Source of the DNA: Patescibacteria group bacterium
GTDB lineage: Bacteria > Patescibacteriota > WWE3 > UBA101185 > UBA10185
Length of the DNA: 64,000 nucleotides
Direction: 5' to 3'
NCBI GenBank assembly: GCA_026004595.1
Contig: BPJL01000002.1
Span: forward strand, 65,431 to 129,430
Shown: positions 14,551 through 23,229 of the stretch, piece after piece
Position numbering within the stretch: the stretch's first letter is position 1
How the letters are laid out: every line of letters begins with the position of its first letter
Notes under the pieces: generated by a model
What the model saw: the letters and a program-made list of their open reading frames with translations, nothing else
What the model was told of the DNA's origin: nothing
Database searches by the model: none
Program-made: the position numbers and the translations under genes

Positions 14551-14868
14551 ATGAAAATACAAAAGGACGACAAAGTAAAAATAATATCAGGAAAAGATAG
14601 AGGGAAAGTCGGGAAGGTTCTTAGGGTTTATCCGTCAAGGGGTGAGGTTGTGGTTGAGGGTGTAAACATGGTGAAAAAACACATAAAGCCGGGAAAAGTT
14701 TCAAAAGAAGGCGGGATTATAAGCATGGAAAAGCCGGTCAAGATCTCAAATGTTATGTTGGTTGATCCCAAGACTGGAGAACCGGCTAAAGTTGGTTACA
14801 AAATAATTGATGGCAAAAAATACAGAATAAACAAAAAGACGGGAGAGGTTGTTGGAGCTAAAAAGTAA
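14551..14868 (+). CDS. rplX: 50S ribosomal protein L24
   Basis: Starts MKIQKDDKVKIISGKDRGKVGKV; KOW motif. Confidence 0.9.
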   Translation: MKIQKDDKVKIISGKDRGKVGKVLRVYPSRGEVVVEGVNMVKKHIKPGKVSKEGGIISMEKPVKISNVMLVDPKTGEPAKVGYKIIDGKKYRINKKTGEVVGAKK

Positions 14869-14869
14869 T

Positions 14870-15412
14870 ATGAACAGACTTAGGGAAAAATATATTAAAG
14901 AAATAGGCCCGAAGATGATGAAGGAATTCTCAATTTCCAATGTCATGGCATTGCCCAAAATTACAAAAATTTCTATAAATGCGGGAATAGGAAATTTCAG
15001 GGAAAACAGGGAGGCCGTTGAATCTTTTGTAGAGGAACTCTCAGCTTTGTCCGGCCAAAAGGCTTATCCGAGGAAAGCACGAAAGTCCGAAGCTGGGTTC
15101 AAAATGAGAAAAGGTGATATAGTAGGTTACTCTGTTACTTTGAGGGGTGAGAGGATGTGGGCATTTCTTGACAAGTTGATAAGCATTGCGATACCAAGAG
15201 TCAGGGATTTTAGAGGGCTTGAGGATTCTTTTGATGAGAATGGAAATTATTCATTAGGGATCAGAGAACACGTAATCTTTCCCGAAGTGAACCCTAACAC
15301 AACTAAAGGAATCAGGAGCATGCAATTAACAATTGTTTTTAACACAAAAGACAAAGAAAAGAATAAATATTTGCTGACGGCTCTTGGGATGCCGTTTAGG
15401 AAAGAAGAATAA
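14870..15412 (+). CDS. rplE: 50S ribosomal protein L5
   Basis: Starts [12 protein letters not shown] and contains [11 protein letters not shown]. Confidence 0.92.
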   Translation: MNRLREKYIKEIGPKMMKEFSISNVMALPKITKISINAGIGNFRENREAVESFVEELSALSGQKAYPRKARKSEAGFKMRKGDIVGYSVTLRGERMWAFLDKLISIAIPRVRDFRGLEDSFDENGNYSLGIREHVIFPEVNPNTTKGIRSMQLTIVFNTKDKEKNKYLLTALGMPFRKEE

Positions 15413-15413
15413 C

Positions 15414-15599
15414 ATGGCCAAAAAAGCTTTAATGTTAAAACAGAAGAAAAAACAGAAATTCAGTACCAGGGAATATCACAGGTGCCCTCTCTGCGGGAAC
15501 CCAAGGGGTTACTACAGGAGATTTAAAATGTGTAGGAAATGTTTTAGGGAGCTGGCTCACAAAGGCGAACTTCCTGGGATAAGAAAGGCAAGCTGGTAA
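15414..15599 (+). CDS. rpsN: 30S ribosomal protein S14, zinc-binding type Z (61 aa)
   Basis: Starts [16 protein letters not shown] and contains [23 protein letters not shown]. Confidence 0.92.
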   Translation: MAKKALMLKQKKKQKFSTREYHRCPLCGNPRGYYRRFKMCRKCFRELAHKGELPGIRKASW

Positions 15600-15997
15600 T
15601 GACTGCGGATAGATTATCAAACATGTTAAGCGCCTTGAAAAACGCCTCCATGGCGGGAAGGGGGGTAGTTGAGGTTATTTATTCAAGAGAGTGCGAGGAA
15701 GTTGCTAAAGTGTTGAAGGAAAAGGGTTTTCTCGAAGTAGTGAAGGTTTTCAAGCCCGAGAAATCCAGCGTAAAAAGACTTCATTTGGAAATTGCAAAAA
15801 AAGATGGTGTTTTCGCTCTTACTGAGGCAAAAAGAATCTCAAAGCCCGGGAGAAGGATTTATAAGGGTTCTGACCAAATCGGCACATACAAAAGGGGTTT
15901 TGGCGTAATGATATTGTCAACCTCGAAAGGCATAATGAGTTCAACCGAGGCTAGAAAGAAGAAGGTCGGGGGAGAGGTAATTTGCGAGGTATTTTAA
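15599..15997 (+). CDS. rpsH: 30S ribosomal protein S8
   Basis: S8-like 132-aa product. Confidence 0.9.
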   Translation: MTADRLSNMLSALKNASMAGRGVVEVIYSRECEEVAKVLKEKGFLEVVKVFKPEKSSVKRLHLEIAKKDGVFALTEAKRISKPGRRIYKGSDQIGTYKRGFGVMILSTSKGIMSSTEARKKKVGGEVICEVF

Positions 15998-15999
15998 CT

Positions 16000-16548
16000 A
16001 TGTCAAGACTGGGTAAAACTCCAATAAAAATACCGTCAGGCGTTACTGTTGAGATAAACGGCAGTCTGGTTACTGTAAAAGGCCCCAAAGGCGAACTTAA
16101 GTTGAATGTGAGGCCCGAGATAGCGGTTAAAGTTGAGGGTGACGAAATAATTACTTCAATTGCCATAGAAACTAAGCAAGCAAGCGCATATTGGGGAATG
16201 ACCAGATCCCTGATATCAAACATGGTAGAAGGTGTTACTAAAGGATTTGAGAAAAATCTAGAGCTTGTTGGGGTTGGGTATAGAGCTAAGCAAGAAGGTC
16301 CTGACTCAATAACTCTTACTCTTGGTTTTTCCCACCCCATACTTTTTAAAGCTCCCGAGGGAATAAAGCTTGAGGTTGGAGAAAACCAGACAATTTCTGT
16401 CAGGGGAATAGATAAAAATCTTGTTGGCTTGACCGCAGCCAGAATTAGAAAAATGAGAAAACCCGAACCTTACAAGGGAAAAGGTGTAAGGTATGCAGGC
16501 GAAGTTGTAAGAAGAAAGGCCGGAAAGGCTGCAAAGTCCGCGAAGTAA
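16000..16548 (+). CDS. rplF: 50S ribosomal protein L6
   Basis: Starts [15 protein letters not shown]; internal ATG at 16000 chosen. Confidence 0.9.
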   Translation: MSRLGKTPIKIPSGVTVEINGSLVTVKGPKGELKLNVRPEIAVKVEGDEIITSIAIETKQASAYWGMTRSLISNMVEGVTKGFEKNLELVGVGYRAKQEGPDSITLTLGFSHPILFKAPEGIKLEVGENQTISVRGIDKNLVGLTAARIRKMRKPEPYKGKGVRYAGEVVRRKAGKAAKSAK

Positions 16549-16552
16549 AAGT

Positions 16553-16912
16553 ATGTATAAAGTAACTTTAAGAAAAACGAATATTAAGCGAAGAAAATTA
16601 AGGGTAAGAAAAAAGGTTTTTGGTACCTCGTCCAAACCCCGTCTCTCGGTTCATAGAACCAACAAGTGTATATCAGCCCAATTGATCGATGATGTTAGGG
16701 GGCACACTTTGGCTGCAGCCACTTCGCAAGAGATAAAGGATCAAAAAGTAAAGACAAAAACGGAGGTATCTTTTGAAGTGGGAAAAGCTTTGGCAGACAG
16801 AGCTTTAAAGTCCAAAGTAAAAAGCGCCGTTTTTGATAGGAATGGTTACAAGTACCATGGCAGAGTCAAGGCGCTGGCAGAAGGAGCCAGAGAAGGAGGC
16901 TTAAATATATGA
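16553..16912 (+). CDS. rplR: 50S ribosomal protein L18
   Basis: L18-like 119-aa product. Confidence 0.88.
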   Translation: MYKVTLRKTNIKRRKLRVRKKVFGTSSKPRLSVHRTNKCISAQLIDDVRGHTLAAATSQEIKDQKVKTKTEVSFEVGKALADRALKSKVKSAVFDRNGYKYHGRVKALAEGAREGGLNI

Positions 16913-17367
16913 TAACCACCGATGTTGATGTAACAAAATATGATGAAATGGAAGAAAAGGTTATAGAGATTAGGAGGGTTTCGAAGAAAACCAAAGGGGG
17001 CAACACGATAGCCTTTGCGGTTTTGGCTGTTGTAGGTAATAAAAATGGGCGCGTCGGGATTGGTTACGGAAAAGCTCCTGATGTTGCGGCTTCAATTACC
17101 AAAGCGGTGGAAAAGGCCAAAAAATCTATGGTGAACATAAAGCTTAATGGTCCAACTATATCGCACGATGTTATGGCAAAATATGGTTCAGCCAAAGTGT
17201 TGCTTAAGCCGGCTCCCAAAGGTACCGGTATAATAGCTGGGGGAGCTGTCAGATCAGTATTGGAGCTTGCGGGGGTAAAGGATATCTCGGCTAAGATGAT
17301 CGGGGCAAGTAATAAGATTAGTAATGTCAGATGCACAATTAACGCGTTAAAGAAATTGAAAGGTTAA
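16909..17367 (+). CDS. rpsE: 30S ribosomal protein S5
   Basis: S5 N- and C-terminal domains present ([10 protein letters not shown]). Confidence 0.92.
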   Translation: MITTDVDVTKYDEMEEKVIEIRRVSKKTKGGNTIAFAVLAVVGNKNGRVGIGYGKAPDVAASITKAVEKAKKSMVNIKLNGPTISHDVMAKYGSAKVLLKPAPKGTGIIAGGAVRSVLELAGVKDISAKMIGASNKISNVRCTINALKKLKG

Positions 17368-17372
17368 AGTTT

Positions 17373-17810
17373 ATGGATTTGTCTAATTTGAAAACAATAA
17401 AAACAAAGAAAAAAGCAAAGAGAATAGGACGCGGAATTGGATCGGGAAAAGGAGGACATACCGTTGGAAGAGGGACTAAGGGACAGAAGGCTAGAAAGGG
17501 TAAAAAGATAGCAGTGGGTTTTGAAGGTGGGCAAGTGCCTTTGTATAAAAGACTCCCCCAGTTAGGCGGATTTAAGTCAAGAAAAAGGGTTGTGTCGGTT
17601 AGGCTTTTGCAACTCAATAGGTTTGATGAGGGTGCTGAAGTTACCCCCGAACTTTTGATCAAGGAAAAAATTATTAAGAACAGAAAATTCAACAATGTTA
17701 AAATCGTTGGCGGTGGGGAGTTAAAAAAGAAACTAATTCTAAAAGGATTTAGTTACTCTAAGGGATCTTACGAGTCAGTGAAAAAATCCGGCTCTACCAT
17801 AAATGATTAA
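17373..17810 (+). CDS. rplO: 50S ribosomal protein L15; follows rpsE directly, so there is no rpmD (L30) gene
   Basis: Contains KRIGRGIGSGKGGHTVGRGTKGQKAR. Confidence 0.92.
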   Translation: MDLSNLKTIKTKKKAKRIGRGIGSGKGGHTVGRGTKGQKARKGKKIAVGFEGGQVPLYKRLPQLGGFKSRKRVVSVRLLQLNRFDEGAEVTPELLIKEKIIKNRKFNNVKIVGGGELKKKLILKGFSYSKGSYESVKKSGSTIND

Positions 17811-19059
17811 ACTTTTTAGATATCCTGAAGTAAGAGCAAAAATTATTTTTACACTGTCAATTATTGTTATTTTTCGTCTCCTTGCTCACGTTCCGGTTCC
17901 AGGTGTTAACATTGAAACGATCAGGGCTTTCCTTTCCGGGAGCGCGTTGTTTGGAATGTTCGATCTTTTCAGCGGGGGAGGTTTTCAGAATTTTTCAATA
18001 GTAACTCTAGGACTTGGCCCTTATATAAATGCTTCAATTGTCATGCAGCTTCTTACTGTTATGGTGCCGTCCCTTGAGGAGTTATCAAAAGAGGGGGAGT
18101 ATGGTCGTGAAAAAATAAATCTATACACTAAGTATCTAACGGTTCCGATGACGATATTTCAAGCGTACGGAATTTACTTCCTTCTTAATAGGCAGGGAGC
18201 TCTTCCGACCCTATCTCCGATTGATCTTGTTGTTTTGATGATTACGCTGTCGGCGGGAGCTATGTTTTTGGTTTGGCTTGGCGACTTAGTGACTGAGAGA
18301 GGTGTGGGAAATGGGGTGTCATTGCTTATATTCGTGGGAATAATAAGCAGGCTTCCTCAGTCTTTATATGCTTTTGTGGCTACAATGACGGCGGAGACTT
18401 TTTTTAATACTTTGTTGTTCGCGGCCCTTGCCATAGCGGTTATCGTCGGTGTTGTTTTTGTAAACGAGGGTACTAGAAATATCGTTATAGAATATGGAAG
18501 AAGCAGCACAAGGAGCCAGAAAGTTACAAATTATCTTCCTTTAAAAGTTAATCAGGCGGGAGTAATTCCCATAATTTTTGCGGTAAGCGTTGTTTTAATT
18601 CCTTCTATGCTTGCTAATCCAATGATGGCATCGGGTAATTATTTTTTAAGGAATGTGGGAAGATTTTTGTCAGTTAACTTTAGTCAAAACGATCTGCCCT
18701 ACAACATTTTGTATTTTTTGCTTGTCGTCGTGTTCACATTTTTTTACACCGGCATTCAATTTAATCCACAGAAAATAGCAGATGACGTCAAAAAGCGCGG
18801 AGGTTTTATACCTGGGATACGACCGGGTATGGGTACGGCGCAATATCTTAAAAATGTTGTTAATAGAATAACTCTGGCAGGGGCGGTTTTTCTTGGTCTT
18901 ATAGCTATTCTTCCGTATTTTGTCCAGCAGCTTGCCGGCGTAACTACTTTGACAATTGGGGGAACCGGGCTTCTTATTGTAGTTTCGGTTGTCTTGGAAA
19001 CAATAAGACAAATAGAATCCCAAATGGTAACAAGAAGCTATGATAGGTTTTTGTTCTAA
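17803..19059 (+). CDS. secY: Preprotein translocase subunit SecY
   Basis: 418 aa, ten transmembrane segments, SecY signatures present. Confidence 0.95.
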   Translation: MIKLFRYPEVRAKIIFTLSIIVIFRLLAHVPVPGVNIETIRAFLSGSALFGMFDLFSGGGFQNFSIVTLGLGPYINASIVMQLLTVMVPSLEELSKEGEYGREKINLYTKYLTVPMTIFQAYGIYFLLNRQGALPTLSPIDLVVLMITLSAGAMFLVWLGDLVTERGVGNGVSLLIFVGIISRLPQSLYAFVATMTAETFFNTLLFAALAIAVIVGVVFVNEGTRNIVIEYGRSSTRSQKVTNYLPLKVNQAGVIPIIFAVSVVLIPSMLANPMMASGNYFLRNVGRFLSVNFSQNDLPYNILYFLLVVVFTFFYTGIQFNPQKIADDVKKRGGFIPGIRPGMGTAQYLKNVVNRITLAGAVFLGLIAILPYFVQQLAGVTTLTIGGTGLLIVVSVVLETIRQIESQMVTRSYDRFLF

Positions 19060-19068
19060 GGAGGAAAT

Positions 19069-19335
19069 ATGTTTGATAAAATTAAGGATCTTAACAAATT
19101 AAGAAAAACCCAAGCAGAAATTAAAAGACAGCTTGAAAATATTTTTGTTACTTCGGAGAAAGGAAGATTTAGAGTTGTGATAAGAGGCGACAAGAGAATT
19201 GAAAAACTGGAAATAGATGGACAGGACGACAAAGCCTTGAGGGAGATGCTTAACGATGCTTTTAAGGATGTGGACAAAAAGGTTGAAAAGCAAATGAGAG
19301 GGCAGATGCAGGAACTGGGCTTGCCCGGATTTTAG
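19069..19335 (+). CDS. ybaB: YbaB/EbfC-family nucleoid-associated protein
   Basis: 88 aa; begins MF, has ...LEIDGQDDKALREMLNDAFKD... and ends ...MQELGLPGF, paralleling E. coli YbaB. An AAGGAGG ribosome-binding site lies upstream. Confidence 0.75.
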   Translation: MFDKIKDLNKLRKTQAEIKRQLENIFVTSEKGRFRVVIRGDKRIEKLEIDGQDDKALREMLNDAFKDVDKKVEKQMRGQMQELGLPGF

Positions 19336-19337
19336 AT

Positions 19338-19958
19338 ATGAAAATACTTCTGATAGGTCCGATAGGATCAGGAAAAGGAACGCAGGGAGAGATGCTAAGC
19401 GAGTACTTGCATTTGCCCTTGATTTCAGTGGGGCAGGTATTGCGGGATTTAAGCCCTGACCACCCATGGTTTGGTGAAATTAATAAAGCTATGTTGGCAG
19501 GAAACCCCGCTCCCCAAGACAAGGTTGCTTCTCTGTTGAAAGAAATAGTTGCCGGCAAAGAATTTGAGAGGGGGTACATAATGGATGGCTGGGGGAGAGC
19601 TCTTGAGGATTGGCAATATTTTGACCCCGATTACGACAAGGTAATAGTTATAAACGTTTCTCCTGAAACTTCGGTTTCTCGTCTTTCTACTAGAAGAACC
19701 TGCGAATCTTGCGGAGCGGTTTATAACATTGTTTCCAAACCCCCCAAAGTTGAGGGGGTGTGTGATAGGTGCGGTGGTGTTTTGAAGCAAAGAGAGGATG
19801 ACACAGAAGAGGCAGTAAAAAGAAGATTGGAGATATATAACAATGAAACGGTCAAGACTATTGACAGGTTTCGGTCAGAAGGAAAGCTTATTGAGGTGGA
19901 TGGCGAGGGAACAGCCGAAGAAGTCTTTGAGGATATAAAGAAACATTTTGTAAAGTAA
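19338..19958 (+). CDS. adk: Adenylate kinase with zinc-binding lid
   Basis: P-loop GPIGSGKGTQ; lid motifs CESCGAVY...CDRCGG. Confidence 0.93.
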   Translation: MKILLIGPIGSGKGTQGEMLSEYLHLPLISVGQVLRDLSPDHPWFGEINKAMLAGNPAPQDKVASLLKEIVAGKEFERGYIMDGWGRALEDWQYFDPDYDKVIVINVSPETSVSRLSTRRTCESCGAVYNIVSKPPKVEGVCDRCGGVLKQREDDTEEAVKRRLEIYNNETVKTIDRFRSEGKLIEVDGEGTAEEVFEDIKKHFVK

Positions 19959-20028
19959 ACGTTTGGTAATTTAGCTGCACCACCAACCTTTCTAGTGCTT
20001 TTTATATCTTTGGTCTATAATTTCTCTA

Positions 20029-21034
20029 ATGTCTATTATTAAGCGTAAAAAGAAGCTCGGGATAGTTAAGAACTGGAGGCAGCAACCCAAATCCATCGAA
20101 AAGTATCAATTTGTTTACGCTTTTTTGCCCCATCCGGAGCACAAGAGAAGGGCGGCGTTGTTGTCAAACAAGGCAATAGTAATATATTGCGTTGCGATGG
20201 TCTTAATAGCCGGTTTTTTTTAGACTGCTTCCCTCAGTTATGCCAGGAGTTTTGGGATACGCGTCTAACATATCCGTTAAAGATCTTTTGGAATATACAA
20301 ATGCGAAAAGGAGGGATTCGGGGCTTTCTGAATTGAGACTAAATGCCGCTCTTTCAGCGGCCGCGAAGCTAAAGGCCGAAGATATGTTTAAGAATCAGTA
20401 TTGGGCGCACGTGTCTCCCAGCGGAAAAGAGCCGTGGGATTTTATATTAAGCCAGAATTATGACTATATATACGCTGGGGAAAACCTGGCCAAGAATTTC
20501 AACAACTCTAAGGATGTGGTAGAAGCTTGGATGAAGTCGCAGTCGCATAGAGAAAATTTATTAAGCCCAAATTACGACGAGATAGGATTTGCGGTTGTAA
20601 ACGGGGTCATGGATGGTTACGAGACAACCCTTGTTGTTCAAATGTTTGGAAGGCCAAGAACTGCTTCTCAAGTAGCTTCAGTATATGAGGAGCAGGCAGT
20701 TTTAGAGAAGGAAGCGAAGGCGACTGCGGCTGTTTCGGAAAGAGAATCATCTGTAACCACAGCCGGTGTAGCTGGAGGCGCTCCGTCGGGAGAGATGTCG
20801 GTTTATACTCCTGTGGAAGCTCCGGCTAAGCCAACCATCGATGTTACTACCGCCGCCAAAACTGTAAGTGCGGTATTCGGAGGGTTTGTAGGCACCCTGC
20901 TTGCTTTGGATGTGTGGTATTCACGAAAGAAACAAATCCGTAAATTTAACGGTCACACGCTAGCCCATCTGGGTGTACTAGTTTTAGTAGTTGCGAGTAT
21001 TTGGTTTGTTCTTACCCCGGGGATAGTCTTATGA
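20029..21034 (+). CDS. Membrane-anchored CAP/SCP (PR-1-like) domain protein; one frameshift in a T8 homopolymer at 20214-20221
   Basis: ORF 20029-20223 is an N-terminal signal-anchor. ORF 20240-21034 holds the CAP domain (KNQYWAHVSPSGKE...SQSHRENLLSPNYDEIGFAV) and a C-terminal transmembrane helix. Removing one T joins the two frames. Confidence 0.75.
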
Positions 21035-21291
21035 AAGAAAAAACCGACACCCACCTTTTGGAATATTCAGTCCTTTTGATTTTTATGGTCTTGCTTGTAC
21101 TTCTTTTTTACTATTTTAGATATGATCATGTTGTTTTAATTTTTTTGTCGGGGATAGCATCTATATCCTACATACTTTGGGGTATAATTCATCATGCTCT
21201 GGAAGGAAGATTGACTAAGTTTGTGGCCATGGAATATATTGCATTCGGCCTCCTTGTCTTTCTGCTCTTCTTCACTGTCCTGAACTTTTAA
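21031..21291 (+). CDS. Small hypothetical membrane protein (2-3 transmembrane segments)
   Basis: ATGA overlap with the preceding stop; hydrophobic. Confidence 0.45.
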   Translation: MKEKTDTHLLEYSVLLIFMVLLVLLFYYFRYDHVVLIFLSGIASISYILWGIIHHALEGRLTKFVAMEYIAFGLLVFLLFFTVLNF

Positions 21292-21295
21292 TAAT

Positions 21296-22420
21296 ATGAA
21301 AATAGTTGTAGTAATACCCACTTATAATGAGGTGGAGAACATAGGAAGGCTTTGCGATGCTCTTCAGCAAGAGTTTTTACAAAGACCTGATCACGAATTT
21401 CATATTTTGGTGGTAGAGGGAAATTCTCCGGACGGTACTGCACAGGTTGTTCGTGAAAAAATGAAGGTGTACCCAAACGTGCATTTGCTTATGGAAAAGA
21501 AAAAGGCAGGCTTGGGCGCTGCCTACGTGTATGGATTTAAGGAAGCCATGAACAGTTTGCAGGCTGATGTGATAGTTGAGATGGACGCAGATTTTCAGCA
21601 TGACCCAAAGGATCTGCCGCGGCTTGTAGATGAGATTGGCAACGGATACGATTATGTCATAGGGTCAAGGTTTGCCAGGGGTGGAAGTATTCCCAAGGAG
21701 TGGGCGTTTAAGAGAAAGCTTTTCAGCATCGGCGGCAATATGTTTTCCAAATTCGTGCTGGGCATATTTAATGTCAATGATTTTACTTCGGGGTTCAAGG
21801 CCTCAAGAGTTAAAGGGTTTGTTGATCACCTTCCTTTAGATTCAATTCTGTCTCAAGGGTTCGCGTATAAGATAGATCTGCTGTTTAGGATGCATAGGCT
21901 TGGCGCAAAAATAAAAGAAGTTCCGATTAAATTCGGCATTAGAGATCGTGGAGATTCTAAAATGGAAAATAATAATTTGATGGACAGTTTGAGGGTAGTA
22001 ATGGTGTTGAGGTATAACGAGAGTAAAAATTTTATCAGGTTTTTCTTTGTTGGAATCGTAGGATTTATAGTGGATGGTGGTTTATTCAATATTCTTCGGT
22101 TAACTGTACTAAGCTCTCAAAATTCCGTGCTGGTTTCGGGATTAGTTGCGATGACGGTAACCTTTATTCTTAACAACTATTGGTCTTTCGGTGAGAGGAA
22201 ATTGGAGGGGACAAAGAAGAAAGCTGTAAGTTATGTGTTTTATGTTTTCACATCGATGATCCCGATTGTTTTCAGATCTAAGTTGGTTGGATTTTCGGTC
22301 AACAAGTTTGGTGACACCGCTTTGGTCTCCAATACGGCTTTTATAATTGGGATAATAATAGGTCTTATATGGAACTTTACTATTTATAGTAAAATTATCT
22401 GGAAAGACAGGAAAAAATAA
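21296..22420 (+). CDS. GT2 polyprenyl-phosphate sugar synthase (Dpm1-like) fused to a C-terminal GtrA-like membrane domain
   Basis: Starts VVIPTYNEVENI and has the DADFQHDP motif. The C-terminal four transmembrane helices read FIRFFFVGIVGFIVDGGLFNIL (GtrA). Confidence 0.85.
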   Translation: MKIVVVIPTYNEVENIGRLCDALQQEFLQRPDHEFHILVVEGNSPDGTAQVVREKMKVYPNVHLLMEKKKAGLGAAYVYGFKEAMNSLQADVIVEMDADFQHDPKDLPRLVDEIGNGYDYVIGSRFARGGSIPKEWAFKRKLFSIGGNMFSKFVLGIFNVNDFTSGFKASRVKGFVDHLPLDSILSQGFAYKIDLLFRMHRLGAKIKEVPIKFGIRDRGDSKMENNNLMDSLRVVMVLRYNESKNFIRFFFVGIVGFIVDGGLFNILRLTVLSSQNSVLVSGLVAMTVTFILNNYWSFGERKLEGTKKKAVSYVFYVFTSMIPIVFRSKLVGFSVNKFGDTALVSNTAFIIGIIIGLIWNFTIYSKIIWKDRKK

Positions 22421-23178
22421 TGAACTACTCAATTGTTATACCAGCATACAATGAAGCCGATAAGATAACCTCATCTCTGACACAGGCTGTAAGTTTTATG
22501 AAAACTTTTTGCGACTCTTTTGAAATCATTGTTGTTGATGATGGAAGTAAAGATGCAACGGCAAGTTTGGTTGAGGAATATTCTAAAGATAATCCCGAGG
22601 TAAAGGTAATAAGGAATCCGCATAAGGGAAAAGGTTTTGCGGTTTATACCGGAATGATGGAAGCAAGAGGCGATCTTATTTATATGGCCGATGCCGACCT
22701 GTCCGCTCCAATGACAGAGTTAAAAAAATTGGCTGTTTGGGTTGTTGACCAGGACTTTGATATTGCCATAGCCACAAGGGAAGGGGTTGGAGCTGAGAGA
22801 ATAGGCGAACCTTTTTACCGGCATATAATGGGGAGGGTTTTTAATCTAATAATTCAAATTGTTGCTCTTCCTGGAATACGTGACAGCCAATGTGGTTTCA
22901 AGCTTTTCAAGGGGAAGGTTGCAAAAGACATATTCAGCAGATTGCGTGTTTATGGCAAAGAAACAAAAGAACTAAGTAAGCCATATACCGGGGCATGGGA
23001 TGTTGAAGTTTTGTATCTGGCAAAGAAGCTGGGGTATAATGTCAAACAGGTTCCGATAGTATGGACACATGTGAAAACAACAAGGGTAAGCCCGGTACGC
23101 GATTCTGTTAAAATGCTTTTTGATGTTTTAAAAATTAGGTTTAATGACCTCAGGGGATTGTACAAATCTGCTCATTAG
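22420..23178 (+). CDS. GT2 glycosyltransferase (Dpm1/polyprenyl-phosphate glucose synthase-like)
   Basis: Starts IVIPAYNEADKI, has VVDDGSKDAT and a DAD motif; TAATG overlap with the upstream gene. Confidence 0.85.
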   Translation: MNYSIVIPAYNEADKITSSLTQAVSFMKTFCDSFEIIVVDDGSKDATASLVEEYSKDNPEVKVIRNPHKGKGFAVYTGMMEARGDLIYMADADLSAPMTELKKLAVWVVDQDFDIAIATREGVGAERIGEPFYRHIMGRVFNLIIQIVALPGIRDSQCGFKLFKGKVAKDIFSRLRVYGKETKELSKPYTGAWDVEVLYLAKKLGYNVKQVPIVWTHVKTTRVSPVRDSVKMLFDVLKIRFNDLRGLYKSAH

Positions 23179-23229
23179 AGCACCTCACAACTGCTATCAA
23201 GTATATATTTCGGGGGTGTAACACAAAAT

